DNA of 62,105 nt, counting the filler, from Chiloscyllium plagiosum (lineage: Eukaryota), in the NCBI RefSeq assembly GCF_004010195.1. It is 4 parts of one record of this genome, joined end to end, with 100 filler letters (N's around TTAATTAATTAA, not from the genome) between each part and the next. Parts side by side here need not be neighbours in the genome. Positions count along the whole stretch, not along the records: positions 1 to 27,451 come from NC_057717.1; 3 more parts are not named here. One strand, given 5' to 3'. The position numbers and the translations under genes are program-made. This document shows positions 13,325-27,050 of the stretch, piece after piece; positions within the stretch are counted from its first letter, which is position 1, and each line of letters opens with the position of its first letter. Under the pieces are notes generated by a model. The model was not told where the DNA came from and did no database searches. It saw nothing but the letters and a program-made list of their open reading frames with translations.

Positions 13325-13615
13325 ACTGGGACTCTTTTCACTGGAGAGTATGAGATTAAGGGGTAACTTTGCAGAGGTTTAGAAAATAAGGAGGGGTACA
13401 GATAAGCTGAAGGGCTGATGTATTTTCCCTACAGTTTTGGATTCAAAACTGAGCGATATTTTAAGGTGTGAGGAAAAAGATTTACAGAAGTCATGAGAAG
13501 TAATTATTTTAGTCAGAATCTGGCTTGTGTGTGGAATGAACTTCCAGAGGAAGTGGTGAAAGCAGGGACAGTTACAATGTTTAAAGGACATTTAGATCAG
13601 TACATGGATAAGTCA
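13325..13615 (+). mobile_element. CR1 3' fragment
   Basis: ctgggactcttttcactggag and tggaatgaacttccagaggaagtggt, the CR1 ORF2 end. Confidence 0.75.
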
Positions 13616-13695
13616 TCAGTTTGGATGGTGCTGTGAGCATCTGCCCTCTCCCTCCCCCTCTCTGAATGAATCTCTGTTGGTTTTCACCCTCTGCC

Positions 13696-14195
13696 NNNNN
13701 NNNNNNNNNNNNNNNNNNNNNNNNNNNNNNNNNNNNNNNNNNNNNNNNNNNNNNNNNNNNNNNNNNNNNNNNNNNNNNNNNNNNNNNNNNNNNNNNNNNN
13801 NNNNNNNNNNNNNNNNNNNNNNNNNNNNNNNNNNNNNNNNNNNNNNNNNNNNNNNNNNNNNNNNNNNNNNNNNNNNNNNNNNNNNNNNNNNNNNNNNNNN
13901 NNNNNNNNNNNNNNNNNNNNNNNNNNNNNNNNNNNNNNNNNNNNNNNNNNNNNNNNNNNNNNNNNNNNNNNNNNNNNNNNNNNNNNNNNNNNNNNNNNNN
14001 NNNNNNNNNNNNNNNNNNNNNNNNNNNNNNNNNNNNNNNNNNNNNNNNNNNNNNNNNNNNNNNNNNNNNNNNNNNNNNNNNNNNNNNNNNNNNNNNNNNN
14101 NNNNNNNNNNNNNNNNNNNNNNNNNNNNNNNNNNNNNNNNNNNNNNNNNNNNNNNNNNNNNNNNNNNNNNNNNNNNNNNNNNNNNNNNNNNNNNN
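13696..14195. other. Assembly gap (500 N)
   Basis: Run of N. Confidence 1.
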
Positions 14196-14599
14196 AGTGG
14201 GGAGCTATAACATTGAAAAGGATCTGGATCTCCTGGTACACCAGTCACTGAAAGCAATATTGCAGGAAAGGAAGCATTAAAGAAGATACATGGTGTGTTG
14301 ACATTCATTTCAGGGGGATTTGAGTCCAGGAGTACTGCAGCTGTACGGGGACTTGGTGAGACATCATCTCAAACATTGTGCAGTATTGTGCGCAGTTTTG
14401 ATCTCCGTACCTAATAAAGGACAAACTTGACATTAAGAGAGAGCAATGAAGGATGACCAGATTGATCTGTGGTATGGCAGGCTTGTTGTGGGAGCAGAGT
14501 TTGGGGTGACTGGGCCAGTATTCCATGGGGTTTAGGAAAATGAGTGGAGATCTCTGTGAAATATACAAAACTCTGACAGGGTGAGACAGATTGAAAGCA

Positions 14600-15521
14600 N
14601 NNNNNNNNNNNNNNNNNNNNNNNNNNNNNNNNNNNNNNNNNNNNNNNNNNNNNNNNNNNNNNNNNNNNNNNNNNNNNNNNNNNNNNNNNNNNNNNNNNNN
14701 NNNNNNNNNNNNNNNNNNNNNNNNNNNNNNNNNNNNNNNNNNNNNNNNNNNNNNNNNNNNNNNNNNNNNNNNNNNNNNNNNNNNNNNNNNNNNNNNNNNN
14801 NNNNNNNNNNNNNNNNNNNNNNNNNNNNNNNNNNNNNNNNNNNNNNNNNNNNNNNNNNNNNNNNNNNNNNNNNNNNNNNNNNNNNNNNNNNNNNNNNNNN
14901 NNNNNNNNNNNNNNNNNNNNNNNNNNNNNNNNNNNNNNNNNNNNNNNNNNNNNNNNNNNNNNNNNNNNNNNNNNNNNNNNNNNNNNNNNNNNNNNNNNNN
15001 NNNNNNNNNNNNNNNNNNNNNNNNNNNNNNNNNNNNNNNNNNNNNNNNNNNNNNNNNNNNNNNNNNNNNNNNNNNNNNNNNNNNNNNNNNNNNNNNNNNN
15101 NNNNNNNNNNNNNNNNNNNNNNNNNNNNNNNNNNNNNNNNNNNNNNNNNNNNNNNNNNNNNNNNNNNNNNNNNNNNNNNNNNNNNNNNNNNNNNNNNNNN
15201 NNNNNNNNNNNNNNNNNNNNNNNNNNNNNNNNNNNNNNNNNNNNNNNNNNNNNNNNNNNNNNNNNNNNNNNNNNNNNNNNNNNNNNNNNNNNNNNNNNNN
15301 NNNNNNNNNNNNNNNNNNNNNNNNNNNNNNNNNNNNNNNNNNNNNNNNNNNNNNNNNNNNNNNNNNNNNNNNNNNNNNNNNNNNNNNNNNNNNNNNNNNN
15401 NNNNNNNNNNNNNNNNNNNNNNNNNNNNNNNNNNNNNNNNNNNNNNNNNNNNNNNNNNNNNNNNNNNNNNNNNNNNNNNNNNNNNNNNNNNNNNNNNNNN
15501 NNNNNNNNNNNNNNNNNNNNN
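14600..15521. other. Assembly gap (922 N)
   Basis: Run of N. Confidence 1.
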
Positions 15522-15919
15522 CTCCACCATCAACGCTCAGCAGCAGCAGCAGCAGTGTTTTACTATCTACATGCTGCATTGAAATGATTCACCAAAGATC
15601 CTCAGAGACCACCTTCCCAAATCACGACCATGTCTATCTAGAAGGACAAGGGCTGCAGATGTATGGAAATACCATGATCTTTAGGTTCCCCTCCAATCCT
15701 GTCACCATCCTGACTTGGAAATATATCACCGCTCCTTCACAGTCGCTGTATTAGAATCCTGGAATTTCCTCCCTTATGGCATTGGAGGTCAACCAGAGCA
15801 GGGGGACTACAGCGTTCAACAAGGCAGCTCACCACTATCTTCTCAAGGGCAACTAGGGACAAGCAATAAATGCTGGCCCAGCCATTGACACCCAGATTCA
15901 CGAAATAAATAAATATCAA

Positions 15920-17080
15920 TTCACAGAGGACGGTTGTTGAGGTGTCGCAGGGATCGGTGCTTGGGGCTAAGCTGTTCACAATGCCCTTCAAACATTTGGT
16001 TGCTGGAATCAGATACAATATATCACAACCTGCTGACAGCACTAACGGATGTGGCATTGTGAGTGGGTGAGGAGGATGTAAAAAAGCAGCGAGAAGATGA
16101 AGACAAGTGGAGTGATTGGGTGAATACGTGACAGATGGAGACAAATGTGGATAGAGGTGACGGTGTGTCCTTTGGTGGAAACGATAAATTGGCAGACTAC
16201 CATTTGAAAGGGATTGGTTGAAACATGTTGATTTACAAAGGGACGTATGCTCCTTTTTGTTGTTTCCTTCTGCATAAACCTCTGAGCTCCCTGCAGCGCA
16301 GTGAGTTCTGTAACCATAAGTCAATACTGGGCATGGCATTGCCCCGCTGACCAGTGTACATAGAACAAGCAAGTGGGGAGCTATAACATTGAAAAGGATC
16401 TGGATCTCCTGGTACACCAGTCACTGAAAGCAATATTGCAGGAAAGGAAGCATTAAAGAAGATACATGGTGTGTTGACCTTCATTTCAGGGGGATTTGAG
16501 TCCAGGAGTACTGCAGCTGTACAGGGACTTGGTGAGACATCATCTCAAACATCGTGCAGTATTGTGCGCAGTTTTGATCTCCGTACCTAATAAAGGAGAA
16601 ACTTGACATTAAGAGAGAGATCTCCGTACCTAATAAAGGAGAAACTTGACATTAAGAGAGAGCAATGAAGGATGACCAGATTGATCTGTGGTATGGCAGG
16701 CTTGTTGTGGGAGCAGAGTTTGGGGTGACTGGGCCAGTATACCATGGGGTTTAGGAAAATGAGTGGAGATCTCTGTGAAATATACAAAACTCTGACAGGG
16801 TGAGACAGACTGGAAGCAGGGATGATAATTCCCCTGGCTGGTACAGACAGGCCATTCTTCATTGAGATGAGAATAAATGCCCGCTCTCACTGACTGGTGA
16901 ATATGGGGAATTCCCTCGCGCCTGGAAACCAAGACACTAATTATAAATAAGGATTTGTATACAGTAAAGGGATGGTGGGAGTGCAGGAGTACGGTGTGGA
17001 AATGAAGGCCAACCATCATTATATTGAATTGGTTAGCAAACTCGATGGACCAAACGTACTACTGCACTTACTATTTTATA
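15920..17080 (+). mobile_element. Old degenerate CR1 LINE; 16372-16818 is repeated at 14196-14599
   Basis: ggtgtcgcagggatcggtgcttggg (GVPQGSVLG-like) and gcagtattgtgcgcagttttgatctcc (YCVQFWSP-like). Confidence 0.75.
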
Positions 17081-18629
17081 GCTCCCCAAGGTTACTCACA
17101 TTAACGGATATGTATATCGTGTAGGTAAGTGCATTGTGGGAGATTTTTTCCATGAACTAGAATGAGGAGGCTCAAAGTGTTGTATGACCTACTCCTTTCC
17201 CGCTGTTTCTGTGCAGTCTGTGGAAAAGCTATGTAAATGCTGTCACAAGCTCTCAGATGTTAGGACGGAGGTTTCTGCAGGGTGTTCCCATTCCCTTTTC
17301 TGACACTGGTGCTGAGGCTGGATGTTCTGTTCGGTTTCATCCTTTCAGACCTCGGAATAGTTTCATACAAATGAGTGCTCTTGCTTGGCCGTTTCAGAGA
17401 CCATTGAAATGTTTATCACATGTCAGGGTCTTTGGAGTCAGTTTTAGGCCAGCCCAGGAAATCACGGGAGATTCTCTTCCTAAAAGTATTTGGAGAAGGA
17501 AATTCTGTTTACAATCGATATTGGCTTCAAGGTCACTATTACTGTCACCAGACTTTAGATCTTGATATTTTATTAATTGTTTTTAACTTCCACCAGCTGC
17601 CAGAGCATTAGCCTGGACTGGATTAGTAATCCAGTAACATTTCCACAGCAGCACCATCTCCACATGGGAACCTGTCGGAACCCACACTGAACAGGTTATT
17701 TCTGTGCTGCTTGACGGCTCTGACAAAAAGAACTCCCACCAATTTTACTGTTGTATTGGGATTGAGGGGTAGTAATTGGTCAGATTGTAATTAATCCACT
17801 CTTCGGGAATGGGACATAGCTGAGTAATTTACCACATTGCCAGGGACATGTTAGAGTTGTATCTGGAATGAAACAGCTTCCCCAGCGACATGGCTTGTGG
17901 TGCAGCACAAGTTTTCAGTCCTATTGCAGGAATGGGGTCAGGGCCCATTGCGTCTGTAGTATCTATTGTGTTCAGCTGTTTCTTCATGATACGTACAGCA
18001 AATCGAATTGGTTGAAAATTGGCATCTGTGATTTTATCGGCATCACGATGAGGGTGAGGTGTATCATCGACTCAACACTTCTGGCAGAGGATGGTGCAGA
18101 TAAAACATCCTTCTATTTTACCTTGATGTGCAGGTCTGTTCCATTATTTAGGATGGGTTATTTTTGTGGAGCCCTTTCCTCCGTCATTTGTTTAATCATC
18201 CATCACCATTCATGACCGAATGTGGCAGGACTGCAGGGCTTCGTTCAGATCTGTTGGTCAAGTCCGGTCGCTTTAATGAGTTAGCATCAGTTTAAGGTTC
18301 ATGTGATTCTGACTCTGATATGTTCACCCACACTCGACCCTGAGCCATAGATGGTGTTGATGGTAATGGTAGACTGAGGTGTTATCCTGGCAAAACGTTA
18401 CAGGTTGTGATTGAATGCAGGTCTGTTCCCCTGCCGCTGTGGTCTATAACACTCCATGAATACGCAGTTTCGATCTGCAATATTTACAATGCATTTCTGC
18501 TGTCTATTCCCCAATTCTCACTGAGACCCATTCATCCATCAGCCCTGTACTCAGTGGCCTAACCTGGTTTCTGATGTGGAAATACTTACATTTTCATACT
18601 CTCATTCTGCTGAACTGTTTTGTTGTTGT

Positions 18630-19010
18630 GCTACCAGGATACATGAACACCAACTAGCCATCAAAAGACATGACCCACTATCACTAGTTTCCATACATAC
18701 AGACAAAGAAGGACACCACGATGACTGTGACAACACACACTTCCTAGGACAAAGTCACGCACGAAAGTTCTGAGAAGAATGATATTCTAGCCAGAAGTAC
18801 ATCAATAAACACATCAGTTTAGATCTTATCTACCTTCCCTTGAACAAAACAAAGGAAATGACATCACGCACCCTAAGAAACCAAGACCTAGAAATAGAAA
18901 GACGAGACATACCACCAGTGCATCACCAGATACTCTCACTGATGATGTTACCTAGTCATGGTGACGAAACATCTGAAAACAAACCTTCAAGCTCAGCGAG
19001 CTAACTTGCA
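18630..19010 (+). mobile_element. Penelope-like element 3' fragment (GIY-YIG C-terminus and pLTR)
   Basis: RIHEHQLAIKRHDPLSLVSIHTDKEGH, homologous to ORF 53144..53563. Confidence 0.85.
18935..18980 (+). ncRNA. Minimal hammerhead ribozyme motif in Penelope pLTR
   Basis: CTGATGA (18939-45), stem II gttacc/ggtgac, GAAAC (18966-70). Confidence 0.7.
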
Positions 19011-20726
19011 TACTATTTTTCTCTTAATAGTCGAATCTGGGACTTCTCTGTCACTCATGTTTTAACAGAGTACGAGACGAGGTGAGCTTTTCTGGGTGTG
19101 TGGTTTAATTAACAGGGGAGTTCGATATTGCCATCAGAACGGTTTGAGGGCTTGTCGTACAGGTTTTGGACAGATTTGAACAGATTTGTGGTGCAAAAGG
19201 TCCCAGCAAATTTCATCACTTGGCAGTTCGTGACCTGGATTTTCAAATAAAACAGGTGACAAAATTCTTTTAATTTTGTTTCCCTGTGGTTGGTGAAATT
19301 AAAAGAAATGACTTTTAACATTACTAAAGAGGTTCTGGGTTTGAAGATGATTCACAAATTTGCTAAGGAAGTGTAGAAAGACAAAGGAAGGGCATACTTT
19401 TAGAATTAACATGTAGAATCGAATTGGGTTTCACCAGGGACATAAGGAAAGCTGAAATTGTAATGGAGTTGGTCAAGCACTTTGGTAAATCAGAGAAACA
19501 GGCAACTGCAGTCTTAAATTGCAAGTGGAGCAATTGGAGTTCGAAGATAAAGAGAGAGACAGAAAGAGAGAGAGAAGATAGCGAAAGAGAACGTGAGGAA
19601 AAAGGAAGACGGGTAGAATTTGAAATTCAGAAGTTTGGAATTAGATAAGAAAGTTAAATTAGCAGAATGAAGTTGAAGGGAGAACGTAGGGATGTAAACA
19701 ACTGTGTTAATACATTGCAATATTTCGGTGAGAAATATGCCAAAACCTTTATTTATTTCATTTGCAAAATTGGCTCGGCAGATGACGTCTCCAGTGAACA
19801 TTTGGGTAATGCTAGTTCAGACTAAGATGGTTGGCACTGCTTGAGAGGGATGTGTAGTGCTGTCACATGAGGGAGCAAGAGATTATGCAGATGTCAAACA
19901 GGCTGTTTTGAGTGCTTTTGAATTGGTAGGTGAAGAATATAGACAGCAGTTCAGAAATATAGAGACGGAACCAGGTCAGAGTTATGTTGAGTTTGAAAGA
20001 AATAACCACAGTAATTTTGATAAATGTGTGCAGGCCTTAAAAATGGATAAGACCTGTGAGACCCGATGGGAGAGTATTCTGCTGGACGAGTTTAAAGACT
20101 CACTTCCAGAGACGTTAAGAATTCATGTGAATGAACAGGAAGTTCAAGATGTGAGAAGCACAGCAGAAATGGCAGTTAAGTATGCATTGGTGCATGAGAT
20201 GAAATTTAGCTTCTGGGAGGATTTTCATCCTGTTGAGGGATAGAAATTGGGAGAAGGGGAGATTCTACACTACAAAACATAGAGAAAAGCACACTGGCGT
20301 TAGTTTACCACCGGTGAAAAAGAAGCCCAATGAGGTTGAAAGGTGGTGAAAGGCCTCAGGTGTTCTCACTATAACAGAGCGGAACACATAAAATTACAGT
20401 GCCGATGGTTTAAGAAGGGCACTGGGAAAGGTTGTTTTCACTGCAGTAAGCTGGGACACACAGTGCTGGGAGTTGAAGGAAGAAACTTTGGGAAAAGATG
20501 TGGTAAAAGAGGCTAAACCAGTGGCATTAGTGAAAGTGGTAAAGGAGACCCCAAGTGGAGCCAAAGAGCTGCAGGAGAGTGCACAGCCTAGGCAGGGGCT
20601 CGGAATGGAGTCAGTGCCTGATCTCTATAAAGAAGTCGCCTCCGTAGATAAACCTTACTAAGAAAAAATGGGGTGTGGGGTAGGACAAGAAGTTATAATT
20701 TTGCAAGATATCTGTTCCGTATCGAA

Positions 20727-21380
20727 TAGTTGAGAAGCAAGGAGCCGGAAAGGCACAACAGATCAGGCAGCATCCGAAGAGCAGGACAATCGACATATCA
20801 GGTATAAACCAATCGTCAGGAATGTGGCGGGGGGGACAAGTGGGCTGAAAGATAAATACGAGTGTAGGAGCTGGGCTGGCTGGAGGGTCTTTGGGAGGGC
20901 GATAGGAAAATTTAGGTGGGAGTGACAGTGATATGTCGGAGGAGAAGGGGGACTGGACAAATGGGAAGGAAAAGTCAGTTTGAACAATTCAAAAGGGCAG
21001 TGCGAAGTTGAACGGTTGGATCTGGGATGAGGTTGGGGAGGGGAGATTTGGAAATTGGTGAAGTCAACGTTGATGCTGTACAGTTTTAGGGGTCCAAATG
21101 TCCTACCACCTATCCAACTTTCCTCGTCTCTGACCCGTCACCATCACCCCCTACCTGCATCTACCTATTGCCTTCCAAGCTACCTCCCAACCAGGCTCCA
21201 TCCCACCCTCCTATTTATTTCTCAACCCCCTTCTCCCTCCCTTACCCCCCACTTTCCTGATGAACGACTTATGCCTGAAACGTCAACACTCCTGCCCCTC
21301 GGATGCTGCCGACTTGCTGTGCTTTTCCAGCCCTGCACTTTTCAACTCTGATCTCCAGCATCTGCAGACCTCACTTTCTC
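20727..21380. mobile_element. Penelope-derived insertion with inverted pLTR ends, inside the Gypsy protease region
   Basis: Ends match the family ctgatga..gaaacgtc..ctgatctccagcatctgcagacctcactttctc; hammerhead core at 21257-21284. Confidence 0.75.
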
Positions 21381-23753
21381 TCGGCCTCCAATAGTAAGAG
21401 ATGGAAGTATTTTCACTCTTTCTGACATGTTACTCAACAGCGTGATAATTTGTGGTATGGGGACAGAAATTAAGCATTTCCTGTTTAACATTAGGTTGGA
21501 GTGCCAAGTCAAGGTTGGGGAAGTAACAGTGAGATTGAATGACAGGGTGTCAGTTCCAGGAATACAGTTTGTTCTTGGGAATGATTTTGCAGGACCCAAG
21601 GTAGGAGAGGCACCCCTTGTGGTGGTGAAGCTAAAGTAAGTCCAGGGAACAGAGAAATTAAAAGAAAAATACCCAGGGATCTTTCCAGACAGCGTAGTAA
21701 CAAGATCCCACTGTCGTCACTTCCAACAGGAAGGAAAACCGAAAGAAAAAACAAAGGAGTTGAAGCACGGAAGAATCAGGTTAAAGCATTTCCAGTGGCT
21801 GGAAAGCACAAGGACGTGGTTAATTTTTTGTTGTACATGTCATACATTCCAAATGGTAGGGAGGTGACAGGCAGTAATAAAACCAGCACCGTTGTTGCCA
21901 ATTCCTGTAGTCGAAGAACCTTTCACGTGGATTATGATTAGTTGTGGAGCTCCCCTTTCCAAAATAAAGTGGAAACCAATATCTGCTGATCATAATGGAT
22001 GTGTCCACCAGATTTCCAGAGGCAATTCCATTACGGAGTGTTAAGGTAAAAGGGGAGGTGGAGGAGTTGGTAGCTTTCTTTACTCACTTTGGGCTACGCA
22101 GTGTGATTCAGTCAGACCAAGGGTCTCATTTTAACAATCAGCTGTTTAAGGACATCTTGGTTAGCTTTGGCATACAGCAGTTTAAATCAAGTGCATCGCA
22201 TCCCGAATCCCAGGGAGTCTTGGAAAGTTGGCATCAGATGCAGAAGACAATATTAATGGCGTACTGTCAGAATTACCCGAATGAGTGGAATAAAGGTGTC
22301 TCATTATATTGTTTGCCATTAGAGATGTCCCAAATAAATCTACTCACTTTCCTTCCTTTGAGTAAATATTCGTCTATGAAGTGAGAGGTCCTTTGAAATT
22401 AATTAACTATAAACTGACAGGACCGAAATCGGAGATCTCACACTTGGATTATGTATCTGAGGTGAGGGAGAGATTAGATGGAGTAGTTGAGTTCGCTAAA
22501 CAACACCTGAAGACGACACAGCATGGAATGAAGCAGGTGGCAGATAAAAACTCTGAAACTTGGAAGATTTCCCGTGGGGATGAGATATTAGTATTGCCAC
22601 CAGTGGTAGGAAACCCCTTCAAAGCCAGGTTGAGTGGCCCCTTTCAAATTAAAAAAGTGTTGAGTCAGTTCAACTATCTGGTAAAGGTACCAGAGATGAC
22701 AAAAATGTTAGAGTACGTCATGTGAATGAATAATGCTCCAGACACATTTAAGACTCAGGATCAGAGTTGTGGCCAAATGTACAAATTGTGTAGTTTATCT
22801 GTATGATGTAGTTTTCTTTAGCAAGTGATTGAATGCTCACATGTTACAGCTGGCCGACCATGTTGAACGATTACAAGAAGCAAACTTGGTAATAAACTTA
22901 AAGAAAACAGAATTCTCGAAGGCAGAGGTGACGTTCTTGGGACATTCCATTTGACATGGAAGGTTGACCCCATGCAACACAAAGACGAAGGGCTTTGAGA
23001 AATTTCCACTACCATCCTCGAAGAAAGAGGTGCTTCGATTTTTGGAACTGAGTGGATTCTATTGGAAGTTTGTTCCAAACTTCAGCAGCGTATTGGCACC
23101 ACTGATGGATTTATTAAAGAAGAACACAGAACTGTGGTGGACAGAACAATGCCAGGAGGCATTTGAGAATTTTCAAGCAGGATTGATCACTGCACCAGTT
23201 TTAGCTGAACCAAATATTTTGAAAACCTTTGAAAATTGGATTTGATGCTCGGGATATAGGGCTCGGAGATGTATTGATATAGTCAGACGATGATGGAATT
23301 GAATTGGCAATTAGCTACTTGCCGAAAAACCTCAATATCCACCAGAATAAAAAATGCAATATCTCCATTATTGAAAAAGAATGATTAAGTTTCGCACTGG
23401 ATGTTTGAATGTTTATATGATAATATTTGAATGTTTATATGATAAGCAAATTGTCAGAGATGATCGTGGACAACGACTAAACTCTCGCAGTTTATTGGAT
23501 ATTCAAAGAACAGAATATGAGATTATTTCATTGGAGTCTTACTTTACCGACTTTAAACTTATAAAATGTACATGCTGTGGGTCCTAAAATGTGATAGCAG
23601 ATTTGTTATCGCAGATTTAAACGAAAATCTTTCGATAAGATTTGACTTATTGCAATGTTAGTTATGTGTGCAGAATTAATATGTATGGTATAACTGAGAT
23701 TAATACTTTTGTAATTCAAAATAATGGGATTAAGAATTAGAGGAAAAGAAATG

Positions 23754-25148
23754 TTCAAGAAGGGGACCTTTGTTCAAGAAGGGGAGTAGGGATAACCCTA
23801 GTAACTATAGGCCGGTGAGTCTCACTTCTGTTGTGGGCAAAGTCTTGGGATTTATGAACATTTGGATAGGAATAATGTGATCAAGGATAGTCAGCATGGT
23901 TTTGTGAAGGGCAGGTCGTGCCTCACAAACCTTATTGAACTCTTCGAGAAGGTGACTAAGGAGGTGGACGAGGGTATAGCGGTAGATGTGGTGCATATGG
24001 ATTTTAGTAAGGCGTTTGATAAGGTTCCCCATGGTAGGCTACTGCAAAAAATACGGAGGTATGGCATTGAGGGTGAGTTGGAGGTTTGGATTAGGAATTG
24101 GCTGGCTGGAAGAAGACAGAGGGTAGTTGTTGATGGTAAAGATTCATCTTGGAGTGCCGTTACTAGCGGTGCTCCGCAAGGATCTGTTTTGGGGCCATTG
24201 CTGTTTGTCATTTTTATAAATGACCTGGAGGAGGGGCTAGAAGGTTGGGTGAGCAGGTTTGTGGATGATACGAAAGTCGGTGGAGTTGTTGACAGTAAGG
24301 AAGGATGTGGCAGGCTACAGCGGGATATAGATAAGCTGCAGAACTGGGCAGAAAGGTGGCAAATGGAGTTCAATGTAGCTAAGTGTGAGGTGATTCACTT
24401 TGGTAAGAGTAACAAAAAGATGGGGTACTGGGCTAATGGTCGGATACTTGATAGTGTGGATGAACAGAGGGATCTTGGTATCCATGTACATAGATCTTTG
24501 AAAGTTACCACCCAGGTAAATAGTGCAGTGAAGAAGGCGTATGGCGTACTGGCCTTTATTGGTAGAGGAATTGAGTTCCGGATTCCTGAGGTCATGTTGC
24601 AGTTGTATAAGACTCTGGCCCGGCCGCATCTGGAGTATTGTGTGCAGTTTTGGTCGCCATACTATAGGAAGGATGTGGAGGCACTGGAACGGGAGCAGAG
24701 GAGGTTTACCAGGATGTTGCCTGCTATGGTAGGAAGATCGTATGAGGAAAGGCTGAGGCACTTGGGGTTGTTTTCATTGGAGAAAAGAAGGTTTAGGGGT
24801 GACTTGATAGAGGTGTACAAGATGATTAGGGGTTTAGATAGGGTTGACCGTGAGAACTTTTTTCCCACGTATGGAGTCAGCTATTACGAGGGGGCATAGC
24901 TTTATATTAATGGGTGGTAAGTATAGGATGGATGTTAGGGGTAGATTCTTTACACAGCGAGTGGTGAGTTCATGGAATTCCCTGCCAGTAGCAGTGGTGG
25001 ACTCTCCCTCATTATGGGCATTTAAGCGGACATTGTATAGGATATGGAGGATAGTGGGCTAGTGTAGGTTAGGTGGGCTTGGATCGGCGCAACATCGAAG
25101 GCCAAAGGGCCTGTATTGCGCTGTATTCTTCTATGTTCTATGTTCTAT
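23754..25148 (+). mobile_element. Young 5'-truncated CR1 LINE with open RT frame (23862-24899)
   Basis: QHGFVKGRSCLTNL, MDFSKAFDKVPH, GAPQGSVLGPLLF, FVDD; (ctatgtt)n tail; GAAATG target duplication at 23748-53 and 25149-54. Confidence 0.95.
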
Positions 25149-25954
25149 GAAATGAAGCCATCTTTTCATTCTGCTGTTTCATGTTTTTTTTCCCTGAAGG
25201 GGGGAGGTGTTATGAAGCCGAAATCATGTCCGGTCACTTTAAGACAGAACGGGTTTTGCTGAATAGAAAGTACAGCCACAGATGCCAGCTGAAGGTCGTT
25301 TATCAGAAATTGCCGCTTGACCTTTATCAGGTGGGGATGTAGATTGAGAAATGGCAAATGGATTCTAATATCGACGTGTGAGGTCTTGCATTTTGGAAAC
25401 TCAAATCAAGGTAGGAGTTTCATGGTGAATGGGAGTGTCTTAAGGGGTGTAGTGGGCAGAGAGACATTGGTGTTCAGTGCACGGTTCTCTAAGTGTGGAG
25501 TCACAGGTAGACAGGACAGTGAAAAAGGCTTTTGGCACATTGTCTGAGTGCTTAATCGGTAGAGCTGTGAGAGACGAAGAAATGGCGATGCTGAAACACA
25601 AGGTGTGGCAGCGATCACTTATTTCCAAAAGAGACATTGATAGGGTGAGAAATTCCATACTTTACTCAGGATTAATTGGTTTGATTTATTGCCACATGTA
25701 CCTCAGTACAGGGAAACAATTTACTTATGAGCAATGGAGGCAGATCATAGTTAGCATGGCCAGACAGGTCATAGGGTGGAAATAGACTTCGACAGAGTAA
25801 GGCATACAGGATACACTGAACAGGACAAGCACTAGACAAGATCAACATGAATAAGATCAGCATTATTTGAACTCAGAGAGTCCATTCGTCAGTCTAACGT
25901 GACGTTCCTAATAGTTTATATGCCTTAATTAATTCTCCCCAGATGAATGCGAAG

Positions 25955-26260
25955 TCGCCACGGTGGCACAGTGGTTAGTACTGCTACCTCACAGCGCCAG
26001 AGAGCCGGGTTCAATTCCCGCCTCAGGCGACTCTCTGTGTGGAGTTGGCACATTCGCCCTGTGTCTGCGTGCACCGGGTGCACTGCCTTCCTGCCACTGT
26101 CCAAAAATGTGCAAGTTAGGTGAATTAGCCAAGTTAAATTGCCCGTAATGGTCGGTGAAGGGGTAAATGTAGGGTCTGTGTGGGTTGCGCTTCGGTGGGT
26201 CAGTGTGGAGTTGTTGGCCTGAAAGGCTTGTTTCCAGACTGTACGTAATCTAATCTAATC
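25955..26260 (+). mobile_element. tRNA-derived SINE (HE1-like), duplicate of 7858-8160
   Basis: cacggtggcacagtggttagtactgctacctcacagcgccag..gggttcaattcc; (taatc)n tail. Confidence 0.85.
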
Positions 26261-26563
26261 GGTGTGTGAACCCGTACTGAATGTTATGTTGTTCACAATC
26301 CCCAACAGCAGCCAAAATACCTTCCATCTGAAACAGGTAGCCATTCCCACCAACTTCCGCCCTACATAGAGAACACCGGACTGTCACCTCGGAGCCGGAA
26401 AATGCCTTCTTGAGACTTCGCACAAGACTTCCCTCCTCACCGCGAGTAAACCACGTTAAAGTCCCACGTGTGTATCATGAGCGATGGCGTCACGAGGTAC
26501 AACGTGTAGCAATCTGTCTGTGCAGCCTCTGCTCCAATTGGTCATCATGTTAGAGCATCAATT
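26261..26563 (+). pseudogene. Endogenous viral-like L fragment, copy E' (segmental duplicate of 8163-8468)
   Basis: EHRTVTSE...SNLSVQPLLQLVIMLEHQ. Confidence 0.6.
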
Positions 26564-26608
26564 AGGAGACAGTGAGAACTGCCCATGCTGGAGATCAGAG
26601 TAAACAGT

Positions 26609-27050
26609 TTTTTGGCCCCTCTTCCGCGGTTACGTTAGGGCCCGGGTGTCCTTGGAGAAGGAGCACGCGGTGTCGACCAACACCCTGGAGTTGTTCAAGG
26701 AGAGGTGGGCGCTGCAGGGAGTGGAGTGCATCATTTCTCCCTCCAACTCTATTTTGATTTAGTCCCTACCCTCCCCTTCACTGTTTTGATCACACAGCAC
26801 TGCCCTTTTATGTGACGGGCAGTGTTTGTTACTGACCATCCGGGTGTTTTCCTATCTTCCTGGTGGTGGAATTTGAATAAAGATTGGTGCACTTTGTGTC
26901 TTACACTGTGTCCCACACGTATACACACACACACCATGGGTGCTGGGGAAAAAATAAGCACTACCGCACTTAGGCGGTAGTGTGGGGGTGAAATTAGAAA
27001 AAGAAGAAAAAAAGAAAGAAAAAAAGAAAAAATGAAACAGGTGAAAAAAA
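26609..27050 (+). mobile_element. 5'-truncated Tx1/L1-clade retrotransposon 3' end with A-rich tail
   Basis: PLFRGYVRARVSLEKEHAVSTNTLELFKERWALQGVECII; A-rich tail; flanked by ta(a/g)acagt; absent from the paralogous site at ~8515. Confidence 0.8.

Larger units (their letters stand above)
19020..25330 (+). mobile_element. Degenerate Gmr1-like Gypsy LTR retrotransposon (gag with SCAN-like region, protease, integrase, deleted RT, RNase H, PPT, 3' LTR start)
   Basis: DYADVKQAVLSAFELVGEEYRQQFRN...ESILLDEFKDSLP (gag); VPGIQFVLGNDFAG (protease); MDVSTRFPEAIPL..IQSDQGSHF..HPESQGVLE (integrase) lies upstream of RT/RNase H, the Gmr1 order; PPT gaaggggggagg before TGTTATG at ~25208. Confidence 0.9.

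Noticed and set aside
13081..15754. Long ORFs in the ORF track
   Set aside because: Artefacts of translating across N runs.
26345..26380. PTSALHRE as the catalytic HR motif (similar to VSV GSALHRF)
   Set aside because: Alignment to copy B places it about 95 codons downstream of the predicted HR, and it is not conserved in copies E or B.
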